64,000 nt of DNA from an uncultured Chloroflexia bacterium (GTDB taxonomy: Bacteria; Chloroflexota; Limnocylindria; Limnocylindrales; CSP1-4), in the NCBI GenBank assembly GCA_963764785.1, contig CAVXTU010000001.1, positions 222,015 through 286,014 of the forward strand. The letters run 5' to 3'. Every line of letters starts with the position of its first letter. Positions within the stretch are counted from its first letter, which is position 1. Under the pieces are notes generated by a model, which saw only the letters and a program-made list of their open reading frames with translations, had not been told where the DNA came from and did no database searches. A program made the position numbers and the translations under genes. Positions 18,555 through 28,745 of the stretch are shown in pieces.

Positions 18555-19286
18555 TCAAGCATCCCGCAGCTCGACCGAGTAGCGGTATCGGTCCGCACGC
18601 ACGATGGACTTGCAGTATTCGATGACGACGCCGTCGCTGTCATAGGTGGTGCGCTCCACGCGGAGGACCGGGTCGCCCGTGTCCCCGCCCAGGCTGGCCG
18701 CCTCGGTGTCGCTGAGCAGGACCGGTTCGAATGACTCGCGGGCACGGGCCGGTCGGACACCGAACGTGCCGGTGAGCGTCTCGTACAGGCTGTTCCGCGA
18801 GAAATCGATCGTCTCCAGCCCCGAGAATCGAGCGGCGGGCAGGTAGCTGGTCTCGGTCACGATGGGCTGGTCGTCGGCCAGTCGGATGCGCGACAGCGCC
18901 ACTACCCTGGTCCCCGGCGCCAATCCCAAGGCACCCGCGATGGCATCGTCAGCGGGCCGGATGCCGATATCGAGGACCTGGGTGCCCGGCCGCATGCCGT
19001 GGCGTTCGATCTCACGACTGAAGGTGTAGAAGCCGCCAAGGTGATGTTCCAGGGCAGCGGCGCGGACGAAGGTGCCGCGGCCTCGCCGGATCTCCAGCAG
19101 GCCCTCGGCCACAAGGCCCGAGAGGGCCTGGCGAACGGTCGCACGGCTGACGCCATATCGCGCCATGAGCGCTTGCTCGGTCTCGATCTGGGTGTCGGGA
19201 GCCAGCTCGCCCAGCGCCACGCGTTCGCGCATATCGCTTTGGATGCGGCGGTACAGCGGCAGCCCCGTCGCCTCTTCGGGGATCAT
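18555..19286 (-). CDS. GntR-family regulator, HutC subfamily (UTRA effector domain)
   Basis: wHTH LMARYGVSRATVRQALSGLVAEGLLEIRRGRGTFV plus a UTRA-like C-terminus. ATG 19286 has GAGGAG upstream. The ORF track extends to GTG 19319. Confidence 0.8.
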   Translation of the reverse strand: MIPEEATGLPLYRRIQSDMRERVALGELAPDTQIETEQALMARYGVSRATVRQALSGLVAEGLLEIRRGRGTFVRAAALEHHLGGFYTFSREIERHGMRPGTQVLDIGIRPADDAIAGALGLAPGTRVVALSRIRLADDQPIVTETSYLPAARFSGLETIDFSRNSLYETLTGTFGVRPARARESFEPVLLSDTEAASLGGDTGDPVLRVERTTYDSDGVVIEYCKSIVRADRYRYSVELRDA

Positions 19287-19326
19287 GGCCGGCTCCTCAT
19301 CGAGGCGGCCGCGCGCCACGCTGGCC

Positions 19327-20253
19327 TCATCCCTTCAGACCGCTGATGGTGATGCCGCGCACGAAATACTGCTGCGCGATCACGAAGAGCAGCACCATGG
19401 GGATGATGCTGACGACGGCGCCGGCCATCATCTCGGGCCACTTGCCGACGTATTGGCCCTGGAAGAAGGCAAGGCCGACGGTGGTCGTGTAGTCCGGCAG
19501 GTCCCGAAGGTAGATGAGCGGATTGATGAGGTCGTTCCAGCTCCACATGAAGGTGAAGATCGCGAGTGTCGCGAGCACCGGCTTGGCCAGGGGCAGGTAG
19601 ACCCAGCGAAAGATGCCCCAGGGGCTGGCCCCGTCGACCCTGGCAGCGTCGGGCAGGTCCCTGGGGATGGTCAGGAAGAACTGCCGGATGAGGAAGATCC
19701 CGAAGGCGCCGCCCAGGAATGCGCCCATCCACAGTGGCTCCTGCGTGCCGATGAAGTTGCCACTGTCACTGAAGGGATCGGGCAGGGTCCGATAGAGGAT
19801 GAAGTTCGGGACCAGCACGACCTGGAACGGGATGATCAGCGTGGCCATCACGAGCGCGAAGATGATGCCCTTGCCGCGGAAGTGCAGGACGGCGAATGCG
19901 AACGCTGCGAGCGAGCAGCTGAAGAGGATGCCGACGGTGTTGAGACTGGCGATCTTGAGCGAGTTGATGAAGAAGTCGCCGAAGGTGACACCCGGCAGGG
20001 CGTTCCACATCCGCTCGTAATTGTCGAAGTGCAGCCCGGACGGGAAGGACAGCATGGGCGAGCTGAAGACCTCTGCCCGGGTCTTGAGCGAAGTCGTGAC
20101 CATCCACACGAACGGCACCAGCATGACCAGGCCACCGACGATGAGGATGAGATACAGCCACAACAGGCGAAGTCGCTTTCGGGTCGGTCCGGGACCACCC
20201 GGAGCGGCCATCGTCCGGGCCCTGGCCTCACTTGACCTGGCGCTGGCGGTCAC
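19327..20253 (-). CDS. carbohydrate ABC transporter permease (MalG-type)
   Basis: Six-TM permease with the EAA-type loop DAARVDGASPWGIFRWVYLPLAKP. GTGA overlap with the upstream permease. Confidence 0.85.
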   Translation of the reverse strand: MTASARSSEARARTMAAPGGPGPTRKRLRLLWLYLILIVGGLVMLVPFVWMVTTSLKTRAEVFSSPMLSFPSGLHFDNYERMWNALPGVTFGDFFINSLKIASLNTVGILFSCSLAAFAFAVLHFRGKGIIFALVMATLIIPFQVVLVPNFILYRTLPDPFSDSGNFIGTQEPLWMGAFLGGAFGIFLIRQFFLTIPRDLPDAARVDGASPWGIFRWVYLPLAKPVLATLAIFTFMWSWNDLINPLIYLRDLPDYTTTVGLAFFQGQYVGKWPEMMAGAVVSIIPMVLLFVIAQQYFVRGITISGLKG

Positions 20254-21225
20254 TGGTAGTGAACCCAGCGTTGCTGCAGGCGGAAGTACACATAGGTGAG
20301 GACAGCCGCGATGACGAAAAGGACCCAGGCGGCCGCACTGGCTCGGCCCATCCGGAAGAAGTTGAAGCCCTCTTCATAGATGTAGTAGACGAGGGTGATG
20401 GTCGCTTCGGTCGGCTTTCCCGGCCGGGCCAGGATGTAGACCTCGTCGAACACCTGCATGGCGCCGATGAAGCTGAGGATGCCGGTGAAGAAGATACTTG
20501 GGGTCAGCAGCGGCAGGGTCACGTGGCGGAAGCGTGCCCAGCGCCCAGCGCCGTCGACGTCCGAGGCGTCGTAGTACTCCTTCGGGATCGCCTGCAAGCC
20601 CGCGAGAAAGATGATGATGCTGACGCCAAGGCCCTGCCACACGCTCATGACGATGATGGCGGGCATGGCCCAGAAGGGATCGCTGACCCATCTCTGGGGT
20701 GGGACCCCAAAGATCCCGGTCAGGGCATTCAGCAGTCCCGCCTGGGGTGAGTAGATCCACAGCCACACCAGACCGACGGCAACCGCCGACGTAACCAGCG
20801 GCAGGAAATACATCGTCCGGATCCAGGCGATGCCACGGATGGCCTGGTCCAGCCCGAGCGCGAAGGCCAGCGCGATGACCATCCCCAACGGTACCGACAG
20901 CAGCGTGTAGAAGGCGGTGTTCTGCATCGCCTTCCAGAACCGAGCCGAATTCGAGGAGCGCCGCGAAGTTGTCCAGTCCCACCCATTCGGGCGGCGTGAG
21001 CAGGTCCCAGTCGGTGAGACTGATCCCCAGCGTGGCAAGGATGGGGCCGGCCGAGAGAACCGCCAGCCCCAGGATGGTCGGGGCCAGGAATAGCCAGGCC
21101 CAACGATTCTCGCGGCCGAGCAACGATCGCGGGTCACGCGAACCTCGCCTGGAGCTCGAGTCGGGGACAGGTGGCTGCTGACCCGCTGACGTCCCCTCCA
21201 CCACGGGTGTGCCCGAGATGCTCAT
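20250..21225 (-). CDS. carbohydrate ABC transporter permease (MalF-type), reading frame broken near 20944-20955
   Basis: The N-terminus (ORF 20374-21225: ...RWAWLFLAPTILGLAVLSAGPILATLGISLTDWDLL...NFAALLE) continues in another frame (ORF 20250-21137: SARFWKAMQNTAFYTLLSVPLG...). The junction is at a GAATTC. Confidence 0.75.
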
Positions 21226-21286
21226 CTCTCGCTCACCATGGCGCTCGGTTCACCGAGCGCCATGGCCTGGTGATTCTGCTGGTCGG

Positions 21287-22576
21287 CTACTGCTGCGCCG
21301 CAGCCAGGACCTCATCAAGCTGGCCGATGACCAAATCGATGGCCTCGCGAGCGGTCTTGTTGGGGGCATTGAACAGGTTCGTGTCCAGCTCGTTCTGCAG
21401 CACCGTGCTCCACTCCGAGTAGCCCACGAATGACGGCTTGAGATGCGCCTGATCGAGCATCGAGGCCATCACGTCGGAACCTTCGAACGCCGTGGCATAG
21501 GCGCCCTCGAGCACGGACTTGTCGACCGGCAGGGCAGCCCGCGACTGCATCAGTTGCTCCTGCGCCTCCGGCCCGACCAGCCACTTCACGAACTCCCAGG
21601 CGGCATCCGGGTTCTTGGAGCCCGCCGAGACGACGGCGCCGGTCGGATTGATGCTGGTGGCGTGGCCCGCGGGCCCAGCCGGCAAGGGTGCGATACCGAG
21701 GTCGATGCCGGCTGCCTGGTGCGTCGGCACCAGCCACGAACCGTTCGACTCCATGGCCGCGACGCCCTGTTCGAAGGCATCACCGGTCTCAGCGAACAGG
21801 TCCGGCGTGGCCATGATGCCGTCCTTGTAGATCAGGTCCTGGAAGAACTGCAGTGCAGCCACGGCTTCATCGGAACCGAGCAACGTCTGGGTATGGTCAT
21901 CGGAGATGATCTCGCCGCCGTTCTGCCAGACCAGCTCGCTCCAGAAGTTCTCCATGTCCGTGGTCTCGGTGTAGAAGCCCCACTGTTCCGGGAGGCCGTC
22001 GCCGTCCGCATCGACGGTGAGCTCCTTGCCGACCTCGACCAGCTTGTCCCAGTCCCAGGTCTCGTCGGGATAGGCGATGCCTGCCTCGTCGAAGATGGCC
22101 TTGTTGTAGAAGAGCGGGACCACGTTCAGATCCCGTGGCAGTCCGTACTGGCCACCGTCCGCGGTGGTGAAGTGAGCAACACCGGCATCGGCCAACGCCG
22201 ACAGGTCGAAGCCATCCGCCTCGATGTAGGGCTGCAGGTCCAGCAGGACGCCACGCGACTGGTAGTCCGGGAAGATCGGACCGTCCATGGCAAAGACATC
22301 CGGGGCATCCCCGCCAGCGATACTGGTCTGGAGGCCGGTCCAGTAGGCATCCCAGTCCGAGACGGTGACCTCGACGTTGATGTCCGGATGTTCGGCCTCG
22401 AATGTTTCGACCAGGGCGATCTGGTTGCTAAGCTCGGCCGGGTCACCCCAGATGGCGTAGGTGATCTTGCCGCTGGGGTCCTGCGCAGCCGCAGGCGCCA
22501 CCAGCGCCCCGACGAGGATCGCGCTGCCCATGATGGCCACCCCTGTGGCACGACGGCTTCCTGGTCGCTGGTTCAT
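21287..22576 (-). CDS. sugar ABC transporter substrate-binding protein
   Basis: ATG 22576 (MNQRPGSRRATGVAIMGSAILVGALVAPAAAQ) with GGAGGGA upstream. Family-1 SBP pattern. The ORF track extends to 22627. Confidence 0.85.
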   Translation of the reverse strand: MNQRPGSRRATGVAIMGSAILVGALVAPAAAQDPSGKITYAIWGDPAELSNQIALVETFEAEHPDINVEVTVSDWDAYWTGLQTSIAGGDAPDVFAMDGPIFPDYQSRGVLLDLQPYIEADGFDLSALADAGVAHFTTADGGQYGLPRDLNVVPLFYNKAIFDEAGIAYPDETWDWDKLVEVGKELTVDADGDGLPEQWGFYTETTDMENFWSELVWQNGGEIISDDHTQTLLGSDEAVAALQFFQDLIYKDGIMATPDLFAETGDAFEQGVAAMESNGSWLVPTHQAAGIDLGIAPLPAGPAGHATSINPTGAVVSAGSKNPDAAWEFVKWLVGPEAQEQLMQSRAALPVDKSVLEGAYATAFEGSDVMASMLDQAHLKPSFVGYSEWSTVLQNELDTNLFNAPNKTAREAIDLVIGQLDEVLAAAQQ

Positions 22577-22615
22577 CGAGCCATTCCCTCCACTGCCTGC
22601 GGCAGGTGCCGCGTT

Positions 22616-22643
22616 ACATCCGGACATCCGGACGTCCGGATGT
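22616..22643. promoter_or_regulatory. perfect 20-bp palindrome ACATCCGGACGTCCGGATGT (22624-22643) plus an extra half-site ACATCCGG (22616-22623): candidate operator
   Basis: Read directly. Lies 48-67 nt upstream of the SBP start 22576, between the GH4 stop and the ABC operon. Confidence 0.55.
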
Positions 22644-22659
22644 CATAGTGGCACCGCTG

Positions 22660-23955
22660 TCAAGCCTTGAGCCAGTCGGGCAACCACTCAGCCTCGGCGG
22701 CGATCAGCTCGTCGCTCAGGCGCCACGTCTCGTCAAGCGTCAGACGGGCCTGCACCTGGGGGTCCTGCATGACCGCGTGATAGATGGCGGTGCGGTCCTC
22801 GTGGATGGCCGCTCGAACCGCCAGGGCCTGGGTATCGACGGCCGGTTCGACATAGGCCCGGCACTGGAGTGGCAGCGGACCCACATGCACCGGCCAGACA
22901 CCACTCCCGTCGACCAGACAGGGAACCTCGACACAGGCGTCTGCGGCGAGGTTGTCGATGAGCGAGCCCTCATTCATCACATTGCCGACGATGCGGGCGG
23001 GTTGGCCGGTAAGCAGTGCATGGATGATGACCGCCGCATACTCACCGCTCTGCTCGATGTCGAACGCCTCGCCGGCGTCCAGGGCGCGCCTGGTCTCCTC
23101 GTACTCATCGAGGTTGTGAGCGACGCGGTCCAGGTACTCGCCGATGGGGATGTGATATCGCTCGACCGAATCTCCCTTGGGGATGAACCAGGGGTTGTAT
23201 TCGGCATGATGATCGGACGATTCGGTCAGGTAGTAGCCCAGTCGGCTGAAGAGCTCAGCCCGGACCAGATCATCATCCGGAGCTCGGCCGGCCTCGACGA
23301 AAGCACGCAGGTCAGGATACAGATCCCGGCGGTCGTGCTCGAGGCTGAGCAGGAAAGCGAGGTGATTGACTCCCGCCGAGACGAAGCTGATCTCCTCGGG
23401 AGGCAGGCCCAGATAGCCAGCCAGCGTATCGATGGTCCAGTACACCGAGTGGCACAGTCCAACGGTCCTGATGTGGCTTCGCTCAGCAACGGCGCGGACG
23501 AGCATCGCCATGGGATTGGTGTAATTCAGGAACCATGCATCCGGGCACAGCTCCTCCATGTCCCGGACGATGTCGAGCACTACGGGGATGGAGCGGAGAC
23601 CACGCATGACACCACCGACGTTGATGGTGTCGTTGATGGTGTAGCTCAAGCCATAGCGCGCCGGGATCTCGAAATCGAGCTGGGTGGCCCGGGCGCCACC
23701 GACCTGGATGGTGTCGATGACGAAATCGGCATCCTTGAGCGCTGGGCGTCGATCAAGGTATGCCTCGATGGTGGGCTTGGCGCCCAGGGCAGCAGAAGTC
23801 CATGCCGCCATGCGCTCAGCAGTGCGGAGCCGATCGGCATCGATATCATGCAGGACGATGGTGGCGTCGCGGAGCTCCGGGTAGGCCAGGATGTCTCCGA
23901 GCAGGTTTCGAGTGAACTCGACGCTCCCAGCGCCGACCAGCACGATACGCGGCAT
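22660..23955 (-). CDS. glycoside hydrolase family 4 (NAD+/Mn2+-dependent alpha-glucosidase/galactosidase-type)
   Basis: ATG 23955 (MPRIVLVGAGSVEFTRNLL) with AAGGAG upstream. GH4 motifs FLNYTNPMA and VGLCHSV. Confidence 0.85.
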   Translation of the reverse strand: MPRIVLVGAGSVEFTRNLLGDILAYPELRDATIVLHDIDADRLRTAERMAAWTSAALGAKPTIEAYLDRRPALKDADFVIDTIQVGGARATQLDFEIPARYGLSYTINDTINVGGVMRGLRSIPVVLDIVRDMEELCPDAWFLNYTNPMAMLVRAVAERSHIRTVGLCHSVYWTIDTLAGYLGLPPEEISFVSAGVNHLAFLLSLEHDRRDLYPDLRAFVEAGRAPDDDLVRAELFSRLGYYLTESSDHHAEYNPWFIPKGDSVERYHIPIGEYLDRVAHNLDEYEETRRALDAGEAFDIEQSGEYAAVIIHALLTGQPARIVGNVMNEGSLIDNLAADACVEVPCLVDGSGVWPVHVGPLPLQCRAYVEPAVDTQALAVRAAIHEDRTAIYHAVMQDPQVQARLTLDETWRLSDELIAAEAEWLPDWLKA

Positions 23956-24007
23956 CGATCGCTCCTTCGGGCGCAACGCCAGGACGGTGCTGTGCCCACT
24001 CACTGTG

Positions 24008-24027
24008 TGGTACGGACGTCCGGATGT
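24008..24027. promoter_or_regulatory. second copy of the operator-like palindrome (TGGTACGGACGTCCGGATGT, 16/20 match)
   Basis: Located in the divergent region between the GH4 start (23955) and the aldolase start (24111). The right half-site is identical to the one at 22634-22643. Confidence 0.5.
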
Positions 24028-24110
24028 CCAATCCAGCCGATGGTAGCATCCGGTCGGCGACTTCGACCCCCCGGTGTGGAGCTCCGCCGCCGTACATCAG
24101 GGAGGATGCC

Positions 24111-25082
24111 GTGCGATTCGGCACGCTTCGCGGCCTCGACTCCTGTGCCTCCGAGACGGGGACGTTTTCGATCCTGGCGCTGGACCATCGCAACAACCTG
24201 CGCCACCTGCTCAACCCGGACGACCCAGACTCGATCACGTACCAGCAGATGGTGGAGGTCAAGCGTGCCGTGGTACGGGCGATCGCGGCCACTGCCAGCG
24301 GCGTGCTGCTCGATCCCGAGATCGGCGCCGGCCCAGGGATCAGCGACGGCTCGCTGGGTCCTGATGCCGGCCTCCTGGTGGCCGTCGAGCGATCAGGCTA
24401 CGACGGGCCCGCTACCGCCCGGCGCAGCCGCCTGTTGCCGGGGTGGGGGGTCAGCAAGATCAAGCGACTCGGGGCCGACGCAGTCAAGCTATTGCTGTAC
24501 TACCACCCTGACGCGCCCAATGCCGAGGACCAGGAACGGCTGCTCATCGAGGTCGCCGAGGCCTGTGCGGAGCATGACATCCCGCTGTTCCTGGAGGCGC
24601 TCGGTTACTCCATCGAGGAGCCGGGTACAGCGATCACCGGCGATGCCCGACGGCAGATCGTGGTGCGCACCGCCCGCCGCCTGACGGCCCTCGGAGGCGA
24701 CGTGCTCAAGTGCGAGTTTCCCTATGACGCCTCGGTGACCGACCGGTCGCGCTGGAAGGACGCCTGCGCCGAGATCGAGGAGGCCAGCTCGATCCCATGG
24801 GCCATCCTGTCAGCTGGCGTGGATGACGCCACATTCGAAGCCCAGACCGAGATCGCCTGTCGAGCTGGCGCCTCGGGCGTGCTGGTGGGTCGATCGGTGT
24901 GGAAGGAGGGTGCCACCATGGCCGCTGCTGAACGCGACCGCTGGCTGGCCAGCGAGGGTGCGGCACGCATGCAGCGACTGGTCGACATCGTGGACGCAGA
25001 AGCTCGTCCGTGGCGGGAACGCTCTCCCCTGCTGGATCAGCCCCAGCCGACCGAGGGCTGGTACCTGGACTATCCGGGATGA
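24111..25082 (+). CDS. LacD/YihT-family class I aldolase (tagatose-1,6-bisphosphate aldolase-like)
   Basis: GTG 24111 follows GGGAGGA. Collinear with LacD (FSILALDHR, LLDPEIG, GLLVAVERSGYD, VKLLLYYHPD, IPLFLEAL, VLKCEFP, LSAGV, GVLVGRSVW). Confidence 0.8.
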   Translation: MRFGTLRGLDSCASETGTFSILALDHRNNLRHLLNPDDPDSITYQQMVEVKRAVVRAIAATASGVLLDPEIGAGPGISDGSLGPDAGLLVAVERSGYDGPATARRSRLLPGWGVSKIKRLGADAVKLLLYYHPDAPNAEDQERLLIEVAEACAEHDIPLFLEALGYSIEEPGTAITGDARRQIVVRTARRLTALGGDVLKCEFPYDASVTDRSRWKDACAEIEEASSIPWAILSAGVDDATFEAQTEIACRAGASGVLVGRSVWKEGATMAAAERDRWLASEGAARMQRLVDIVDAEARPWRERSPLLDQPQPTEGWYLDYPG

Positions 25083-26045
25083 CCGAGCCGGCGGATCGCG
25101 ACATCGACCTGTTTGTCATCGGCGACGTCAACCCAGACATCCTGGTCATCGGCGACGACGTGGTCCCGGAATTCGGCCAGGTGGAGAAATACGTCGGCAC
25201 CATCCGCCTGACGGTGGGGGGCTCATCGGCCATCACCGCATGTGGTGCAGCGCGCCTCGGGCTCAAGGTCGCACATGGTGGAGTCGTGGGTGACGATATG
25301 CTCGGCCACGCCATCGTGGAGGCCTTGCGCGATCGCGGCGTCGATACCTCGACGGTCTCGGTCGAAGCGGCCATCCCCACGGGGGCCACGGTGCACCTGG
25401 GGAGCGGCGACCAGCGGGCCATGCTCACCGCGACCGGCACCATCGATCGGCTGCGGGCGGAGGACGTGCCGCGCGAGACGCTGGCGCACATCCGCCACCT
25501 CCATGCTGGTTCCACGGCCATCCAGCCACGCCTGCGCCCCGGTTTGCCGGCGCTGTTTCGCGAGGCGAGAGCAGCCGGCGTCACCTCGTCGTTCGATACC
25601 AACTGGGACCCCGATGGCCGCTGGGAGGGTATCGACCCGATGCTCGCCGAGACGGACGTGTTCCTGCCCAACGAGCGTGAGGCGGCGCTCATCAGTGGGG
25701 TCAGGGACCCGTTCGAGGCAGCCGGCGCGCTGATCGCGAGGGCAGAGGACGCCGGACGCTCCGCCGTCGCTCCGCCCCTGACCGTCGTGGTGAAGCTTGG
25801 TGCCGATGGGGCCCTGGCTCTGCGTGGCGATGAGGCCCTGCGGCTGCCGGCCGACCGGGTCGAAGTCGTCGACGCCACCGGCGCAGGCGACGGCTTCAAC
25901 GCCGGCTTCCTGTATGGCTTCCTCGACGGTCGGTCCGCTGGCGGAGTCACTCGCGCTGGCAGTCGCGTGCGGCACCTTGTCGACTCGAGCCATCGGAGGT
26001 GTCGACGGGCAGGCCACCCTGGCAGAAGCAGAAGCGCTGCTGTAG
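25079..26045 (+). CDS. PfkB-family sugar/sugar-phosphate kinase, reading frame broken near 25928-25936
   Basis: ATGA overlap with the aldolase. Has FVIGDVNPD and DATGAGDGFNAGFLYGFLDGR. The conserved C-terminus PLAESLALAVACGTLSTRAIGGVDGQATLAEAEALL* is in the +1 frame (ORF 25797-26045). Deleting one G restores it. Confidence 0.8.
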
Positions 26046-26048
26046 GCG

Positions 26049-27105
26049 CTAGGCTTCCTCGCGCTCGATCTGGCGGCGCGTGGCCGGCGTGCGCCGAGGC
26101 GCGGGTACCTCACCGACACTCTTGACGAAGGAGGCCTCACGAGCCCATTCCGCGGCCTGTTGCTGCTCCTCGACCGAAAGGATGCCGCGACGGGCCAGCG
26201 AGGTCATCTCGTCGCGGATGTACGTCTTGAGCATCTCCGGACCATCGGTATTGATGGTGTAGCGCACGCCGTTCTTCCGGAAGCGATCGAAGATCCAGGC
26301 GAACTCGTCCCAGCTGGCGACAACGCGGGAATTGAGGTTGCTGGTCGGACACAGCTCCAGCGTGATGCCGCGCTCACGGATCATGCCCATGGTGGCTTCG
26401 TCATAGGCCGACTTCACGCCATGGCCGAGCCGATCGGGCTCGAGGTACCTGATGACCCTGGCCACCTCTTCGACCGGTCCCGACTCACCGGTGTGGACGG
26501 TCAGGCCAAGGCCCTGCTTGCGGGCCCGTTTGAAGACGAGCCGCGTAGTCGGCCGGATCGAAGGTGGATGACTCCGGCCCCGCGATATCGATCCCGACCA
26601 CGCCGCGGTCCCGGTAGGCGATGGCCTTCTCGACGATGATCTCGTTGAGGTGCGCCGGGAAGGCGCGGTCCAGGCACAGGATCAGTCCGGGCTTGACGGG
26701 GTACTCCAGCATGGCCCGATCCATGCCGCGGATGGCCGCACTGATGATGTGATCAAGGTCCTGCTCGCCACCACGGTTGCGCTTCATCGGATTGAAGCGA
26801 AGCTCCATGGTGGTCACGTGGTTCTTGCGATAGGCGCCGCCGATGACCTCGTAGGTGGAGCGCTCCACGGCCAGCGGCGAGGACTGGATGAGCTCGGTCC
26901 AGTGGAACAGCTTGAGGTAGCCATCGAACGAACGACCGCGTCGCTTCGACACGGTGATCATCTCGCGGAACTCCCAGTAGTCCTTGCTGGGCAGCCGGAT
27001 GCCCTGTGCATGAGCGATCCCCCACATGATCGCCGGCGCCACCGCGCCGCCGAGGTGACAGTGCAGCTCGGTCAGCGGGATCTGGCGCGACAGGACGGAG
27101 GGCAT
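26049..27105 (-). CDS. adenosine/adenine deaminase family amidohydrolase, reading frame broken near 26538-26560
   Basis: N-terminal part 26485-27105 (LTELHCHLGGAV...). The conserved LVFKRARKQGLGLTVHTGESGPVEEVARVIRYLEPDRLGHG...TINTDGP continues in another frame down to 26049. Confidence 0.75.
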
Positions 27106-27382
27106 GGCGAGCCGCGCGCTATCTCACGTCGCTCAGCGCCGACGATCCAGCGCCGCGGCCATGCCGGGGGGGCCAGCGTGGCGACCGTTGCCATGGCGAT
27201 CATCCGAGTCGAGGTGCTCATCTGCGGCTCCCTGCCGGGCACGTCGGAGAACGATGTCCCAGATCGTGCTTGGTGCAGTCTATCCACGAGTCGGTGACCG
27301 CGACGATCGGTGCCCCGGTCCGTGCCGAGACAGACCGCGATCGGACTGTGGGACAAGGACTTGACCACGGGCGCTACCCTGT

Positions 27383-27407
27383 ACTTTGTCCAGTCCGCTG
27401 ACAAAGT
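27383..27407. promoter_or_regulatory. 8-bp inverted repeat ACTTTGTC-N9-GACAAAGT upstream of the sugar ABC operon
   Basis: Read directly. About 105 nt upstream of the SBP start 27513. Could be an operator or an RNA hairpin. Confidence 0.3.
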
Positions 27408-27512
27408 GGCAAACCATCGGCCCACGCTCGTGAACGCGCGCGGCCGGGTCCATGCGTCCTGAGGTTCAGGCGTTGCTGCCGGCGGACTCGGTACATGGAG
27501 GACAGAACGACG

Positions 27513-28745
27513 ATGACCAAGCGACTTGCCGGACTCGTGACCCTTGGGGCCGCAGGCCTTCTAGCGGTCGCGGGCGCCGTGCCCGCTGCAGCGCAGGATG
27601 GCACGAGCCTCGAGATGATCGCGGCCCAGTACACCGACGACATGCAGCCCTACTTCGATGATCTTGCGGCACGCTTCATGGAGGAGAACCCAGATATCGA
27701 CGTCACGGTCCAGGTCGTCAACTGGAACGATATCGACCAGGTAGTAACGACCCGCATCGCCACCGGTGAGCCGCCGGACATCGCCAACCTCAACTACTTC
27801 GCCGCATTTGCCGCAGACGACCTGTTGTACACCGCCGACCAGATCGTCGATGAGGCCACCGTGGCGGACCTCATCCAGGGCTTCCGCGACAACTCCAAGT
27901 ACGACGGTACCGAGTTCGCGGTCCCGGACCTGGCATCCGACCGCCTGTTCTTCTACAACAAGGCCATCCTCGAGGCCGCCGGTGTCGAACCTCCGACCAC
28001 CTGGAGCGAGGTGAAGGCTGTCTGTGAGGCCATCAAGGCGACGCAGCCGGACGTGGTTCCGCTGGCGCTCCCACTCGGCCCCGAGGAAGCCCAGGCCGAG
28101 TTCCTCATCTGGGCCGGCGGCAACGGCGGCCAGTACTTCGACGGCGAGAACTGGGTCGTCAACTCGCCCCAGAACCTCGAGACGCTCGACTTCCTCCAGG
28201 AGTTGGTCGATGCCGGGTGCACGCAGCCCAACCCGGGATCATTCCAGCGCACCGAGGGTGCGTTCCAGCTGTTCGGCCAGGGCGTCGTGGGCATGCTGAA
28301 TGGCGCCATCTTCCTGCCGGGTGAGCTTGAGAACACCTACCAGAGCGACGTTGACTGGGGTGTGGTCCCCTTCCCCGCCGCTGATGGCAAGGAGTCCATC
28401 ACCCTTGGCGTCCAGGATTATTTCTTCGGCTTCAAGAAGGAAGGCAATCAGGAAGCCATCCAGAAGTTCCTGAGTTTCCTCTACCAGCCTGACAACTATG
28501 CGGGCTTCCTCGAGGCTGCCGGCGGCTTCCTGCCGGCCACCATCTCCGCGGGTGAGCAGATGAGCTCCGATGAGTTCCTGGCCCCATTCATCGAGGTGCT
28601 GCCGTCGGCCATCTTCTACCCCAGCGACCAGGCCCAATGGGGCGCGGTCCAGGGTGCCATCCAGGACGGCATCGGCGCAGCCTTCGTGCCCGGCGCCGAC
28701 AAGCAGGCCATCCTTGACGAGATCAACGCCGTTGGCGAAGGCTGA
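27513..28745 (+). CDS. sugar ABC transporter substrate-binding protein
   Basis: ATG 27513 (MTKRLAGLVTLGAAGLLAVAGAVPAAAQ) with GGAGGA 9 nt upstream. Family-1 SBP. Confidence 0.85.
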   Translation: MTKRLAGLVTLGAAGLLAVAGAVPAAAQDGTSLEMIAAQYTDDMQPYFDDLAARFMEENPDIDVTVQVVNWNDIDQVVTTRIATGEPPDIANLNYFAAFAADDLLYTADQIVDEATVADLIQGFRDNSKYDGTEFAVPDLASDRLFFYNKAILEAAGVEPPTTWSEVKAVCEAIKATQPDVVPLALPLGPEEAQAEFLIWAGGNGGQYFDGENWVVNSPQNLETLDFLQELVDAGCTQPNPGSFQRTEGAFQLFGQGVVGMLNGAIFLPGELENTYQSDVDWGVVPFPAADGKESITLGVQDYFFGFKKEGNQEAIQKFLSFLYQPDNYAGFLEAAGGFLPATISAGEQMSSDEFLAPFIEVLPSAIFYPSDQAQWGAVQGAIQDGIGAAFVPGADKQAILDEINAVGEG

